From an uncultured Gemmatimonadales bacterium (GTDB taxonomy: Bacteria > Gemmatimonadota > Gemmatimonadetes > Gemmatimonadales > GWC2-71-9), in contig CAWGSK010000013.1 of assembly GCA_963825055.1 (NCBI GenBank), forward strand, positions 1-64,000: DNA of 64,000 bases, given 5' to 3'. Below the pieces are notes generated by a model, which did not search any database, was not told the origin of the DNA, and worked only from the letters and a program-made list of their open reading frames with translations. Both the position numbers and the translations under genes were made by a program. Of this stretch, positions 21,785-29,862 are shown in pieces; the stretch's first letter is position 1, and each line of letters opens with the position of its first letter.

Positions 21785-22411
21785 TCAAGCGCGGCGCGCC
21801 CCGATGCTGGTGGTCAGCACCGTCAGCACCAGGGCCGGAAGGAAGGCCACGGCGAACGTGGCCACGCTCCATTGCGCATAGGGGAAATGGAACACCGCAG
21901 CGAGCGCGCCGATAACCATCGCCAGGACCACCGCGGTGATCATCACCCCCACGGGGCTCGGCGAGCCGCGACGGGCGGTCTGGTTTGACAGCGCGAAGGC
22001 ACCCATGAACGGGATGAACGTCCCCGCGATCCACCAGACGGGATGGTACCACCAGTTGCTCCCGCCGCCAATCGCGAGCCAGCGGTTGGTGTAGAGCCCG
22101 ATGCGCTGGAGGAGAACCACGTCGATGATCAGGAACACGACCGTCGCGCCGAGCCCGATGCCGGCCGCGCCGGCGATGCCCTCGACACTGGCCGCACGGG
22201 TCCAGAGGCCCGGCAGCAGCGCCAGGATCCCGAGGCCGATGAGGAGGAGAATGGCGAGAAGCGCCGTCTCCACCGGACCATCGAGGTATTTGGATACGAG
22301 GCCGATAGCCAGGACGAACAGGCCCTCGATGAGCCCCAGAATGAAGATGCGTCGCACCTGGGAGGAGAGCTCGGTCCGGTCCGATTCCTGCGCCGCCACC
22401 GCCGTCGTCAT
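21785..22411 (-). CDS. Hypothetical polytopic membrane protein
   Basis: about 6 TM segments; loop YTNRWLAIGGGSNWWYHPVWW. Confidence 0.8.
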   Translation of the reverse strand: MTTAVAAQESDRTELSSQVRRIFILGLIEGLFVLAIGLVSKYLDGPVETALLAILLLIGLGILALLPGLWTRAASVEGIAGAAGIGLGATVVFLIIDVVLLQRIGLYTNRWLAIGGGSNWWYHPVWWIAGTFIPFMGAFALSNQTARRGSPSPVGVMITAVVLAMVIGALAAVFHFPYAQWSVATFAVAFLPALVLTVLTTSIGARRA

Positions 22412-22475
22412 GCCAGCTCCGGGAGGTGAAAAGGTGATTGGATACCAGGGGGGAAGTATAACGCGGGGGCTGGAC

Positions 22476-22609
22476 AGTGGGGAGTGGTTGAGTCGTCAAA
22501 AGGTTGAGTGGTTGAGTAGTTCCACGACTCAACGACTCAACGACTCCACGATCAACGACTCCCGCCTCCCTACTCCCTACTCCCTACTCCCTACTCCCTA
22601 CTCCCGATC
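22476..22609. repeat. Nested 8-mer (GGTTGAGT/ACTCAACG) and 7-mer (CCCTACT)x5 repeat stack
   Basis: ggttgagt x3, cgactcaa-type x4-5, then ccctact x5 ending at the UbiA-family stop. Confidence 0.9.
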
Positions 22610-23557
22610 CTACAAACCCCACACCATCACCACCACCACATCCGTCACAGCCCAGGCCCCAAGCGCCCGGTACATACCCCGCTGGTGATCGGCGGGACGC
22701 ATCGAGGCGTGACGGGCGAGCCAGGGGATGAGCACCCCGGCCCAGGCGGCCAGTGCCACGGCGAGTGCCGACCACCGGAGCGCGTCGCTGCCGGACCAGC
22801 CCCATCCGGCCCTGACTCCCGCCCAGGCGAACATCGCAAATGCGAGCCCGGCCGCGCCGGTGGCCACCACGAGGCTCCGGTGCATCCCGAGGATGAGCGC
22901 GAGGGTGCGGTCGCCGCGACGGCTGTCCTCCTCGAACTGGTACAGCTGGGTAAGCGGGTAGAGCGCGGCGAAGAGTGGAGCGAAGGCGAGGATCACGATG
23001 AATCGCGCGGGATCGACGGGGAGACCGGTCAGCGCCCAGCCCGCGTACGGTGTCAGGGCGCCGAAGCCCCACATGTTGATCAGCCAGTCGGCGCCCGCCA
23101 CCGCCTTGAACCGGAACGGCGGCACCGAGTAGAGCACCGAGAGGACGAAGCACGCGGCGTAGGCCCAGGCGAACTGGAGGGGAAGCAGCAGCGCACCGGC
23201 CTGGCCGATCAGCATGAGACCGAGTCCGAAGGTCACGAGGTGTCGCGGCACGGGCGGCGGCGCCGTCAGGTAGCCGATGTCCCCCTCGTCCCGGTCGAAC
23301 GCGGAGTTGAGGGCGAGAGTCCCCCCGTTCAGGCCGACGACCCAGAGCGTGAGGCCGGCAATCGCATTTCCCGCGAAGCGCCCCTGGGCCACGCCGGCAA
23401 CGCCGACGGCGAGTACGTAACCCAGCGCCGTGTGGGCGAGCATGATCGGCCATTCGGCCGGACGGAGGTGCAGCAGGTAGGCGAACCGGTCACCGAGCAG
23501 GCGGTATCCGAGCCGGCGGGGCGCCGACCGGGCCGCCCAGCCGGGAACATTCACCAC
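22610..23557 (-). CDS. UbiA-family prenyltransferase
   Basis: LNSAFDRDEGD, LYSVPPFRFK, QFEEDSRRGDRTLA motifs; multi-TM. Confidence 0.85.
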   Translation of the reverse strand: MVNVPGWAARSAPRRLGYRLLGDRFAYLLHLRPAEWPIMLAHTALGYVLAVGVAGVAQGRFAGNAIAGLTLWVVGLNGGTLALNSAFDRDEGDIGYLTAPPPVPRHLVTFGLGLMLIGQAGALLLPLQFAWAYAACFVLSVLYSVPPFRFKAVAGADWLINMWGFGALTPYAGWALTGLPVDPARFIVILAFAPLFAALYPLTQLYQFEEDSRRGDRTLALILGMHRSLVVATGAAGLAFAMFAWAGVRAGWGWSGSDALRWSALAVALAAWAGVLIPWLARHASMRPADHQRGMYRALGAWAVTDVVVVMVWGL

Positions 23558-24329
23558 GAAAGGTCCAGGGCGCGTGCCGCCACCGCGAGCCCGCGGAGCG
23601 TGAGGTCGGGTTCCACCCGCTCGATGGCCGAGCTGAAGGGGCCACGGTCGAAGCGAGCCCGCCGGTCGCCACCACGACGGGAGTCCCCTTCCCCGGCCAC
23701 TCGGCGCGGACCCGCCGCACCATGCCGTCCACCGCGTCCGCCGTGCCGTACAGCACCCCGGCGCGGATGCAGTCGTCGGTCCGGCGCCCGATCGCGCGGG
23801 TGGGCGGGAGGAGGTCCGTGGCCGGGAGCTTCGCGGCGCGGGTGGTCAGCTGGTCGGCCGAGGTCCGGAGGCCGGGCATGATAGCGCCGCCGATGAATCG
23901 CCCGTCGCCCAGGACGCAGTCGAAGGTGGTGGCGGTGCCGAAGTCCACCACGATCGCGTCGGCGTGCACCAGGTCGAGTACCGCGAGCGCATTCACGATA
24001 CGGTCCGCGCCCACCGAGAACGGATCGTCCACGTCCAGCACAACCGGCAGCCTCGTGGTCGGCTCGATCATCACCGCCTGGCACCCGGTCGAGCGGGCGA
24101 TCCCGGCAACCAGGCTCCGCGTCACCTGCGGCGCCACCGACGCGACGATGACCGACTTCACCTCATTGGGCGAGTGGCCGGCCTGGAGCAGGAAGCCGTT
24201 GAAGGCCTGGCCCCACTCGTCCGGCGTGCGGTCGGGATTGGTCGTGAGCCGCCAGGAGCTCTGGAGGGTCGCATCCCGGTAGAGCCCGATCGTGATTTCG
24301 GAGTTGCCGATGTCGAGGGCCAGGAGCAT
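23551..24329 (-). CDS. coaX: Type III pantothenate kinase (1-bp frameshift near 23640)
   Basis: LDIGNS, GADR, VDFGTATTFD, ATGG; C-terminal EPDLTLRGL in the next frame. Confidence 0.92.
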
Positions 24330-24341
24330 GGGGGCCGTGAA

Positions 24342-24417
24342 GAACGGTGAACGGTGAACGGTGAACGGTGAACGGTGAACGGTGAACGGTGAACGGTGAA
24401 CGGTGAACGGTGAACGG
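24342..24417. repeat. Perfect heptamer array (GAACGGT)x10.9
   Basis: 10 perfect units plus GAACGG, directly upstream of the coaX start. Confidence 0.97.
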
Positions 24418-24464
24418 ACCAGAAGGTAATTCGCGGAATCGACTACGCACTACCCAATTCAGAT

Positions 24465-24529
24465 CGCCACTTGCCACTTGCCACTCGCCACTTGCCACTC
24501 GCCTACTCCCTACTCCCTACTCCCGCTCC
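24465..24529. repeat. Compound heptamer array (GCCACTY)x5 + (CCTACTC)x3
   Basis: read directly; abuts the birA stop. Confidence 0.92.
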
Positions 24530-25231
24530 TCACGCCAGCACCACGTGCCCGCTCCGGACCGCGACCGTCCCGCTCCCCGTGTCCACCAGGAGCGCGCCGT
24601 CACGGGTGAGGCCGCGCGCAACGCCATCCACCGGTGCCGTCAGGTGGCGGCCGCTGAGCCAGTCGCGGCGCTCGAAGTCCGCGCGCTCTTCCTCGCCGAG
24701 CAGTGCCCCGCCGTCGCCCGTGGCGCGGAGCGCTTCCACCATGTGAGGGACGAGATCGTCCGGGTCGATATCCGGTGCGACCGCGGAGAGTGTGATGGCG
24801 GTCTCCGCAACCGCGTCCGGCACCGTGTTCGCCACGTTGATCCCCACGCCCACCGCGACCCAGGCCAGCCGGTCGCCCTGCCAGCGGGCCTCGCAGAGAA
24901 TCCCGCCAAGCTTCCGGTCCTGGAGCATCAGGTCATTCGGCCACTTGAGGCGGATGGTTCCGGTTCCGGTCGCCCGTTCCAGGACGCGCGCCACCGCCAG
25001 TCCGGTCCGCAGGCTCAGCACCGGCACGCCCACCGGTACCGCCGGCCGGAGCAGGATACTGAGCCAGAGGCCTCCCGGAGGCGAGTGCCAGGTATCGCCC
25101 CGCGCGCCGCGCCCGGCCATCTGCTCCCCCGCGACCACGACCGTGCCCGCGGGCGCGCCGGCGGCGGCCCGTTCATGGACCGCGTCCAGCGTGGAGTCCA
25201 CGCGCGCGAGCCGGAACAGGGAGCCGGTCAA
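24530..25231 (-). CDS. birA: Biotin--[acetyl-CoA-carboxylase] ligase
   Basis: VDST, QMAGRG, KWPND, KLGGILCE, GVGINV. Confidence 0.92.
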   Translation of the reverse strand: MTGSLFRLARVDSTLDAVHERAAAGAPAGTVVVAGEQMAGRGARGDTWHSPPGGLWLSILLRPAVPVGVPVLSLRTGLAVARVLERATGTGTIRLKWPNDLMLQDRKLGGILCEARWQGDRLAWVAVGVGINVANTVPDAVAETAITLSAVAPDIDPDDLVPHMVEALRATGDGGALLGEEERADFERRDWLSGRHLTAPVDGVARGLTRDGALLVDTGSGTVAVRSGHVVLA

Positions 25232-26022
25232 TGGCCGAGCAGGACGAACCAGACGAGGGTGAAGAGGCCCATCGCGGCACAATAGGGCGCAAACAGGTCG
25301 AATCGCCGCCGCCGCAGCAGCCAGACCAGCGACCGGATCGCCACCACGCCGCTGACCAGCGCACCCATGAAGGCCCAGATGAACCCCGCGGAGAACACGT
25401 CCACCGCCCCGGAGAGATGCCGGGCCTCGAGCAGGCCACTGCCGGCGATGGCGATCACGGCCATGAGGAACGAAAACTCGGCGGCCTTCGCCGGGTCGAT
25501 GCCGGCCCACAGGGACGCGGAGATCGTGGTCCCCGACCGCGAAATGCCTGGCAGGATGGCCACCGCCTGCGCGCAGCCGACGCCGAACGCGGTCCGCGTA
25601 CTGATCGTTTCCTCCGTCGCCCGGCGCATGGCCCATCGCGTGGTGAACAGGATCGCGGCCGTGACCAGGAAATCGATGCCGACGGCGAGGTAGGAGTCGA
25701 ACGCCTCCTCGAAGAAATCCTTGAACGCGAGCCCGACCACCGCCGCCGGAATGGACGCCAGCGCGAGCAGGCCGACGTACCGCCAGCTGTCCCGGTCGGC
25801 GCGCACCATTCCCACCAGGAGCTGCGTCACGCGCAGACGGTACACGATCAGCACCGAGAGCAGCGTCGCCACATGCAGGCTCACCTCGAACGCCACGCCC
25901 GGCGAATGGAAACCCACCAGCCCCTCCGCCACCACGAGGTGGCCGGAGCTCGACACGGGCAGGAACTCGGTCAGCCCCTGGACCAGCCCGAGGATCAGGC
26001 CCTGCCACCACGGAAACGTCAC
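25228..26022 (-). CDS. uppP: Undecaprenyl-diphosphate phosphatase
   Basis: QGLTEFLPVSSSGHL, PGISRSG. Confidence 0.95.
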   Translation of the reverse strand: MTFPWWQGLILGLVQGLTEFLPVSSSGHLVVAEGLVGFHSPGVAFEVSLHVATLLSVLIVYRLRVTQLLVGMVRADRDSWRYVGLLALASIPAAVVGLAFKDFFEEAFDSYLAVGIDFLVTAAILFTTRWAMRRATEETISTRTAFGVGCAQAVAILPGISRSGTTISASLWAGIDPAKAAEFSFLMAVIAIAGSGLLEARHLSGAVDVFSAGFIWAFMGALVSGVVAIRSLVWLLRRRRFDLFAPYCAAMGLFTLVWFVLLGH

Positions 26023-27143
26023 GCGAGGGTCCGGGCGTACAGGTCCTCATACATGGGCACGATCTTCTCCGCAGAAAACGTGCGGGCCTTCTCGATGGCG
26101 GCCTCGGCCATGCGCTTGTGCAGTCGGTCGTCACGCAGGAGCTCCACCGCGCGCCGTCCCATGGCCTCCACCGAGCCGACCGGTTCGAGAATGCCGTTCA
26201 CCGCGTCGTCCACCACCTCCGGGAGGCCGCCGGCGCGCGTCGCCACCACCGGCACGCCGCACGCCATCGCCTCGAGGGCGGCCAGGCCGAAGGATTCGGT
26301 CTGGCTGGGCAGGATGAACAGGTCGCTCGCCTGGAGCAGGTTGGTGACGTGGTCGAGCCGGCCCAGGAACCGCACGTCCTCCGCCACTTCCATCTGCTTC
26401 GCCTCGCTGGCGGCGACGTCGCGCTCCGGCCCGTCGCCGATGAGCATCAGCGTGGCCGGCATGGCGCGCCGGATCCGGGCGAACACCCGGACCACGTCCC
26501 GCACCCGTTTCACCTCGCGGAAGTTTGAGACGTGCGTGATGAGCTTGTGGCCGGCCGGTGCCAGGGTTTCGCGGCAGTCGGAGGAGGCGGGATGGTACTC
26601 GTCCAGGTCAACGAAGTTCGGGATCACGTCGATGCTGCACTCGGAGCACCCGAAGGCACGGAGCGTCTCCTCCTTCAGGTACTCGGACACCGCCGTGACC
26701 CGGTTCGACTGCTCGATGGAAAACTTCGTGATGGCATAGAAGCTGGATTCCTGCCCGACCAGCGTGATATCGGTGCCGTGGAGCGTCGTGACGTAGCGCA
26801 GCGGGTTCGCGTCCCCCAGCATCTCGCGCGCGAGGAAGGCCGTGGTGGCGTGCGGGATGGCGTAGTGGACGTGCAGGATGTCCAGCTCCTCGCGGAGCGC
26901 CACCTCATGCTGCTTCGAGGCCAGGGCGAGCGTGTAGGGATAATGGTCGAAGAGCGGATAGTGCCCGACGCGGGTGTCCACCTCATGGAAGAACACGCGC
27001 TCGTGATAGCCCTGGAGCCGGAACGGGGAGGCATAGGTGATGAAGTGCACCGCGTGGCCCCGGCGCGCGAGCAGGAGTCCGAGCTCGGTCGCGACCGCGC
27101 CGGACCCGCCGTAGGTGGGATAGCAGGTGATCCCGATCTTCAT
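26019..27143 (-). CDS. bshA: N-acetyl-alpha-D-glucosaminyl L-malate synthase
   Basis: KIGITCYPTYGGSG, HVHYAIPH, TTLHGTD, HVSNFR, ESFGLAALEA. Confidence 0.92.
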   Translation of the reverse strand: MKIGITCYPTYGGSGAVATELGLLLARRGHAVHFITYASPFRLQGYHERVFFHEVDTRVGHYPLFDHYPYTLALASKQHEVALREELDILHVHYAIPHATTAFLAREMLGDANPLRYVTTLHGTDITLVGQESSFYAITKFSIEQSNRVTAVSEYLKEETLRAFGCSECSIDVIPNFVDLDEYHPASSDCRETLAPAGHKLITHVSNFREVKRVRDVVRVFARIRRAMPATLMLIGDGPERDVAASEAKQMEVAEDVRFLGRLDHVTNLLQASDLFILPSQTESFGLAALEAMACGVPVVATRAGGLPEVVDDAVNGILEPVGSVEAMGRRAVELLRDDRLHKRMAEAAIEKARTFSAEKIVPMYEDLYARTLA

Positions 27144-28099
27144 CCCTCGACCTGCCCTTCGTCAGGAGGAACGGCGCCACCCGGGCCCGTTTCCCACGCC
27201 CGCACGATGGCCTCGGCGAGCGCCTCGGGAGGACGGGTGGCGTCGAGCGCCAGTACCGGGCCGTCGAGCTGGTGGCGGAACCACGTGATCTGCCGCTTGG
27301 CATACTGCCGCGTCCCGGTGGCGATCGCTTCCGCCAGGTCCTCCCGGTCGCGGCGTCCCTGAAGGTAGTCTACGACTTCGCGGATGCCGAGGCTGTCCAG
27401 GCCCGGTGTGCCCGGACCGTGACCCTCCGCCACGAGGATGGCCACTTCTTCCACAAGCCCGCGCTCGAGCATCTCGTCCACCCGCCGCCGGATGCGCTGG
27501 TGGAGCACCGGCCGGGGTACGGAGAGAACCACGTACCACGGGGCGACGGTTCCCACCTGACGCGCCGCCCGCTGCCAGTACCCCAGGGGCCGGCCGGTCA
27601 GCAGGGACACCTCGACGCTCCGGGCCGCCCGCTGGCGGCCACCGCCGCGGAATCCGGAATCGAGCCGGTTCGCCCACCGGACCAGCTCCCGGGCATCCAT
27701 GGCCGCCGTCAGTTCCTGCAGCCGCCGGCGCTGGACCACGTCGAGCGGCGGCTCGGCGAAGAGGCCGTCGGCCAGCGCCCGGATGTAGAGCCCGGTACCG
27801 CCAACCACCACCGGACGACGGTGCCGCGAGCGCACCTCCTCGATCCACCGCGTGGCGTCCCGGGCGTACTGGCCCGCGCTGTAGCGCTCGCCGGGGTTGA
27901 CCAGGTCGAGCCCATGGTGGTGGACTCGCTGCTGTTCCCTGCGGGTCGGCTTGGCGGTGCCGATATCGAGGTGGCGGTAGATCTGGCGGCTGTCCGCCGA
28001 GACGATCTCGACGGGCCAGTGGGCGGCGAGGGCGAGGCTGACCGCCGTCTTCCCGACCGCGGTGGGCCCCACGATGATCGGGACCCTATCCGCGGCCAA
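27140..28099 (-). CDS. miaA: tRNA dimethylallyltransferase
   Basis: GPTAVGKT, DSRQIY, IGTAKP, GGTGLY, YAKRQITWF. Confidence 0.96.
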   Translation of the reverse strand: MAADRVPIIVGPTAVGKTAVSLALAAHWPVEIVSADSRQIYRHLDIGTAKPTRREQQRVHHHGLDLVNPGERYSAGQYARDATRWIEEVRSRHRRPVVVGGTGLYIRALADGLFAEPPLDVVQRRRLQELTAAMDARELVRWANRLDSGFRGGGRQRAARSVEVSLLTGRPLGYWQRAARQVGTVAPWYVVLSVPRPVLHQRIRRRVDEMLERGLVEEVAILVAEGHGPGTPGLDSLGIREVVDYLQGRRDREDLAEAIATGTRQYAKRQITWFRHQLDGPVLALDATRPPEALAEAIVRAWETGPGGAVPPDEGQVEG

Positions 28100-29837
28100 A
28101 CCGTCGCTCCAGCTCTTCCCTCGGCAGCTGCACGACCGTCGCCCGGCCGTGCACGTCGTGCGGCGGCAGCCGGGTCGCCAGCAGCTGGAGCAGCAATTCC
28201 CGCATCTCGCGCTCGTCGAGGCGGTCGCCCGCCTTCACCGCCGCATGGCAGGCGTAGGTGGCGGCGAAGCGCTCCAGCCGGTTCGCCCAGCCACCGAACC
28301 TCCCGCGCGCCAGGTCCGAGACCATCTCGCGGAAGCACCGGACCGCATCGAACCGCGGGTGTGGGTTGGGCACCGTCTGCAGCATGACCGTCCGCCCGCC
28401 GAACGCCTCGACGGCGTAGCCCACCTGCTCCAGCGCCTCGCGGTGCTGCTCCAGCACGTCGAGCTCCTCGTCGGTCAGGTCCAGCGTCACCGGCATGAGG
28501 AGGCGTTGCGCGTCGACCCCCGTGCCGGTAAGCCGCGCCATGACCCGCTCGTAGATCACGCGCTCATGCGCCGAGTGCTGGTCCACCACCACCACGCCGT
28601 CGCCCCCGGGATAGACGATGTACGTGTCGAGCAGCTGGAAGAGCGGCATGGCCATCGCCGCCGCGCGGAACGGCGACCCGGCCCCCTCGACCACCTCGTC
28701 CGTCCCGTCCGCCCTGTCCGTCCCGTCCGCCCTGTCCGTCTCGTCCGTCCTGTCCGCCCGCGGTATCCACAGCTCCGCCTGGCTCACCGCGCCGGCATCC
28801 GACCTCGGCATCGCCCGCCAGGCACCCACGGGGGACGCCGCGGCGAGCGTTCCCAGCGCATCCCGCACGGCCTCCTCGATCGCGCGCTCGACGGCGATCT
28901 TCTCGCGGAAGCGCACCTCGAGCTTGGCCGGGTGCACGTTCACGTCCACGGCGTCGCGGGGCGCGTCGAGCAGCAGGAACAGCGACGGCCGGTCTCCCGG
29001 CGCGATCGCCGAGCGGTACCCGGCTTCGGCCGCGCGGACCAGGAAATGGTCGCGGAAGGGACGGCCGTTCACGAACAGCTGGGTGCGCCGGCCGGAGGGC
29101 TGGGCGTCGCCAGGACGCTGGACATATCCGCTCACCCGATAGCCACCCACCCCGTGGGCGACGGGAATCAGCGTGCCGGCCAGGTCTCGGCCCCACACGC
29201 CGGCAAGGCGCTCGTCGATCGACTCGCCCGCGGGCAGCTGGAAGCGGGTCCGGCCGTCGAGCTCGAGCGTGAACCCCACGGCCGGATTGGCCAGCGCGAG
29301 GGTCGCAACCGTTTCCGTGGCCACCCGGGTCTCGCTCGACACCGACCGGAGGAACTTCCGCCGCGCCGGCGTATTGAAGAACAGCGAGCGCACGGACACC
29401 GTTGTCCCCTGCTGCCGCGCCGCGGGCTCGACCGTCTCCACCCGGCCCCCCTGCACCACCACCTGCGTGCCTTCCCCATCGCCCTCGGACGTGACGAGCG
29501 CGAAGCGCGAGATGGAGGCAATGGACGGCAGCGCCTCGCCCCGGAACCCGAACGTGGCTACCCCGACCAGGTCCGCGGCCTCGTGAATCTTGCTCGTGGC
29601 ATGCCGGTCCAGCGCGAGCACGGCGTCCTCCCGGCCCATGCCGTGCCCGTCATCGCTTACCTCGATCAGCTTCTTGCCGCCCTGCTCCAGCGCGATCCGC
29701 ACGTGCGCCGCGCCCGCATCGAGCGCGTTCTCGACCAGTTCCTTGATGACCGACGCCGGACGTTCCACCACCTCGCCGGCCGCGATCTGGTCGGCGACAT
29801 GGTCAGGAAGGATGCGGATGCGTCGGGCCACGGTCAT
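28086..29837 (-). CDS. mutL: DNA mismatch repair protein MutL
   Basis: IAAGEVVERP, GFRGEAL, DVNVHP, DQHSAHER, ACH, HGR. Confidence 0.97.
   Translation of the reverse strand: MTVARRIRILPDHVADQIAAGEVVERPASVIKELVENALDAGAAHVRIALEQGGKKLIEVSDDGHGMGREDAVLALDRHATSKIHEAADLVGVATFGFRGEALPSIASISRFALVTSEGDGEGTQVVVQGGRVETVEPAARQQGTTVSVRSLFFNTPARRKFLRSVSSETRVATETVATLALANPAVGFTLELDGRTRFQLPAGESIDERLAGVWGRDLAGTLIPVAHGVGGYRVSGYVQRPGDAQPSGRRTQLFVNGRPFRDHFLVRAAEAGYRSAIAPGDRPSLFLLLDAPRDAVDVNVHPAKLEVRFREKIAVERAIEEAVRDALGTLAAASPVGAWRAMPRSDAGAVSQAELWIPRADRTDETDRADGTDRADGTDEVVEGAGSPFRAAAMAMPLFQLLDTYIVYPGGDGVVVVDQHSAHERVIYERVMARLTGTGVDAQRLLMPVTLDLTDEELDVLEQHREALEQVGYAVEAFGGRTVMLQTVPNPHPRFDAVRCFREMVSDLARGRFGGWANRLERFAATYACHAAVKAGDRLDEREMRELLLQLLATRLPPHDVHGRATVVQLPREELERRFGRG
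28696..28761. repeat. In-frame 9-mer tandem repeat in the mutL linker
   Basis: (gtccgYcYY)n encoding ADRTDETDRADGTDRADGTD. Confidence 0.8.
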
Positions 29838-29862
29838 GGGAACGGGCGTGGAATGAGGACAG

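Noticed and set aside
24342..24417. CRISPR array
   Set aside because: Contiguous 7-mers with no unique spacers, and no cas genes in the window.
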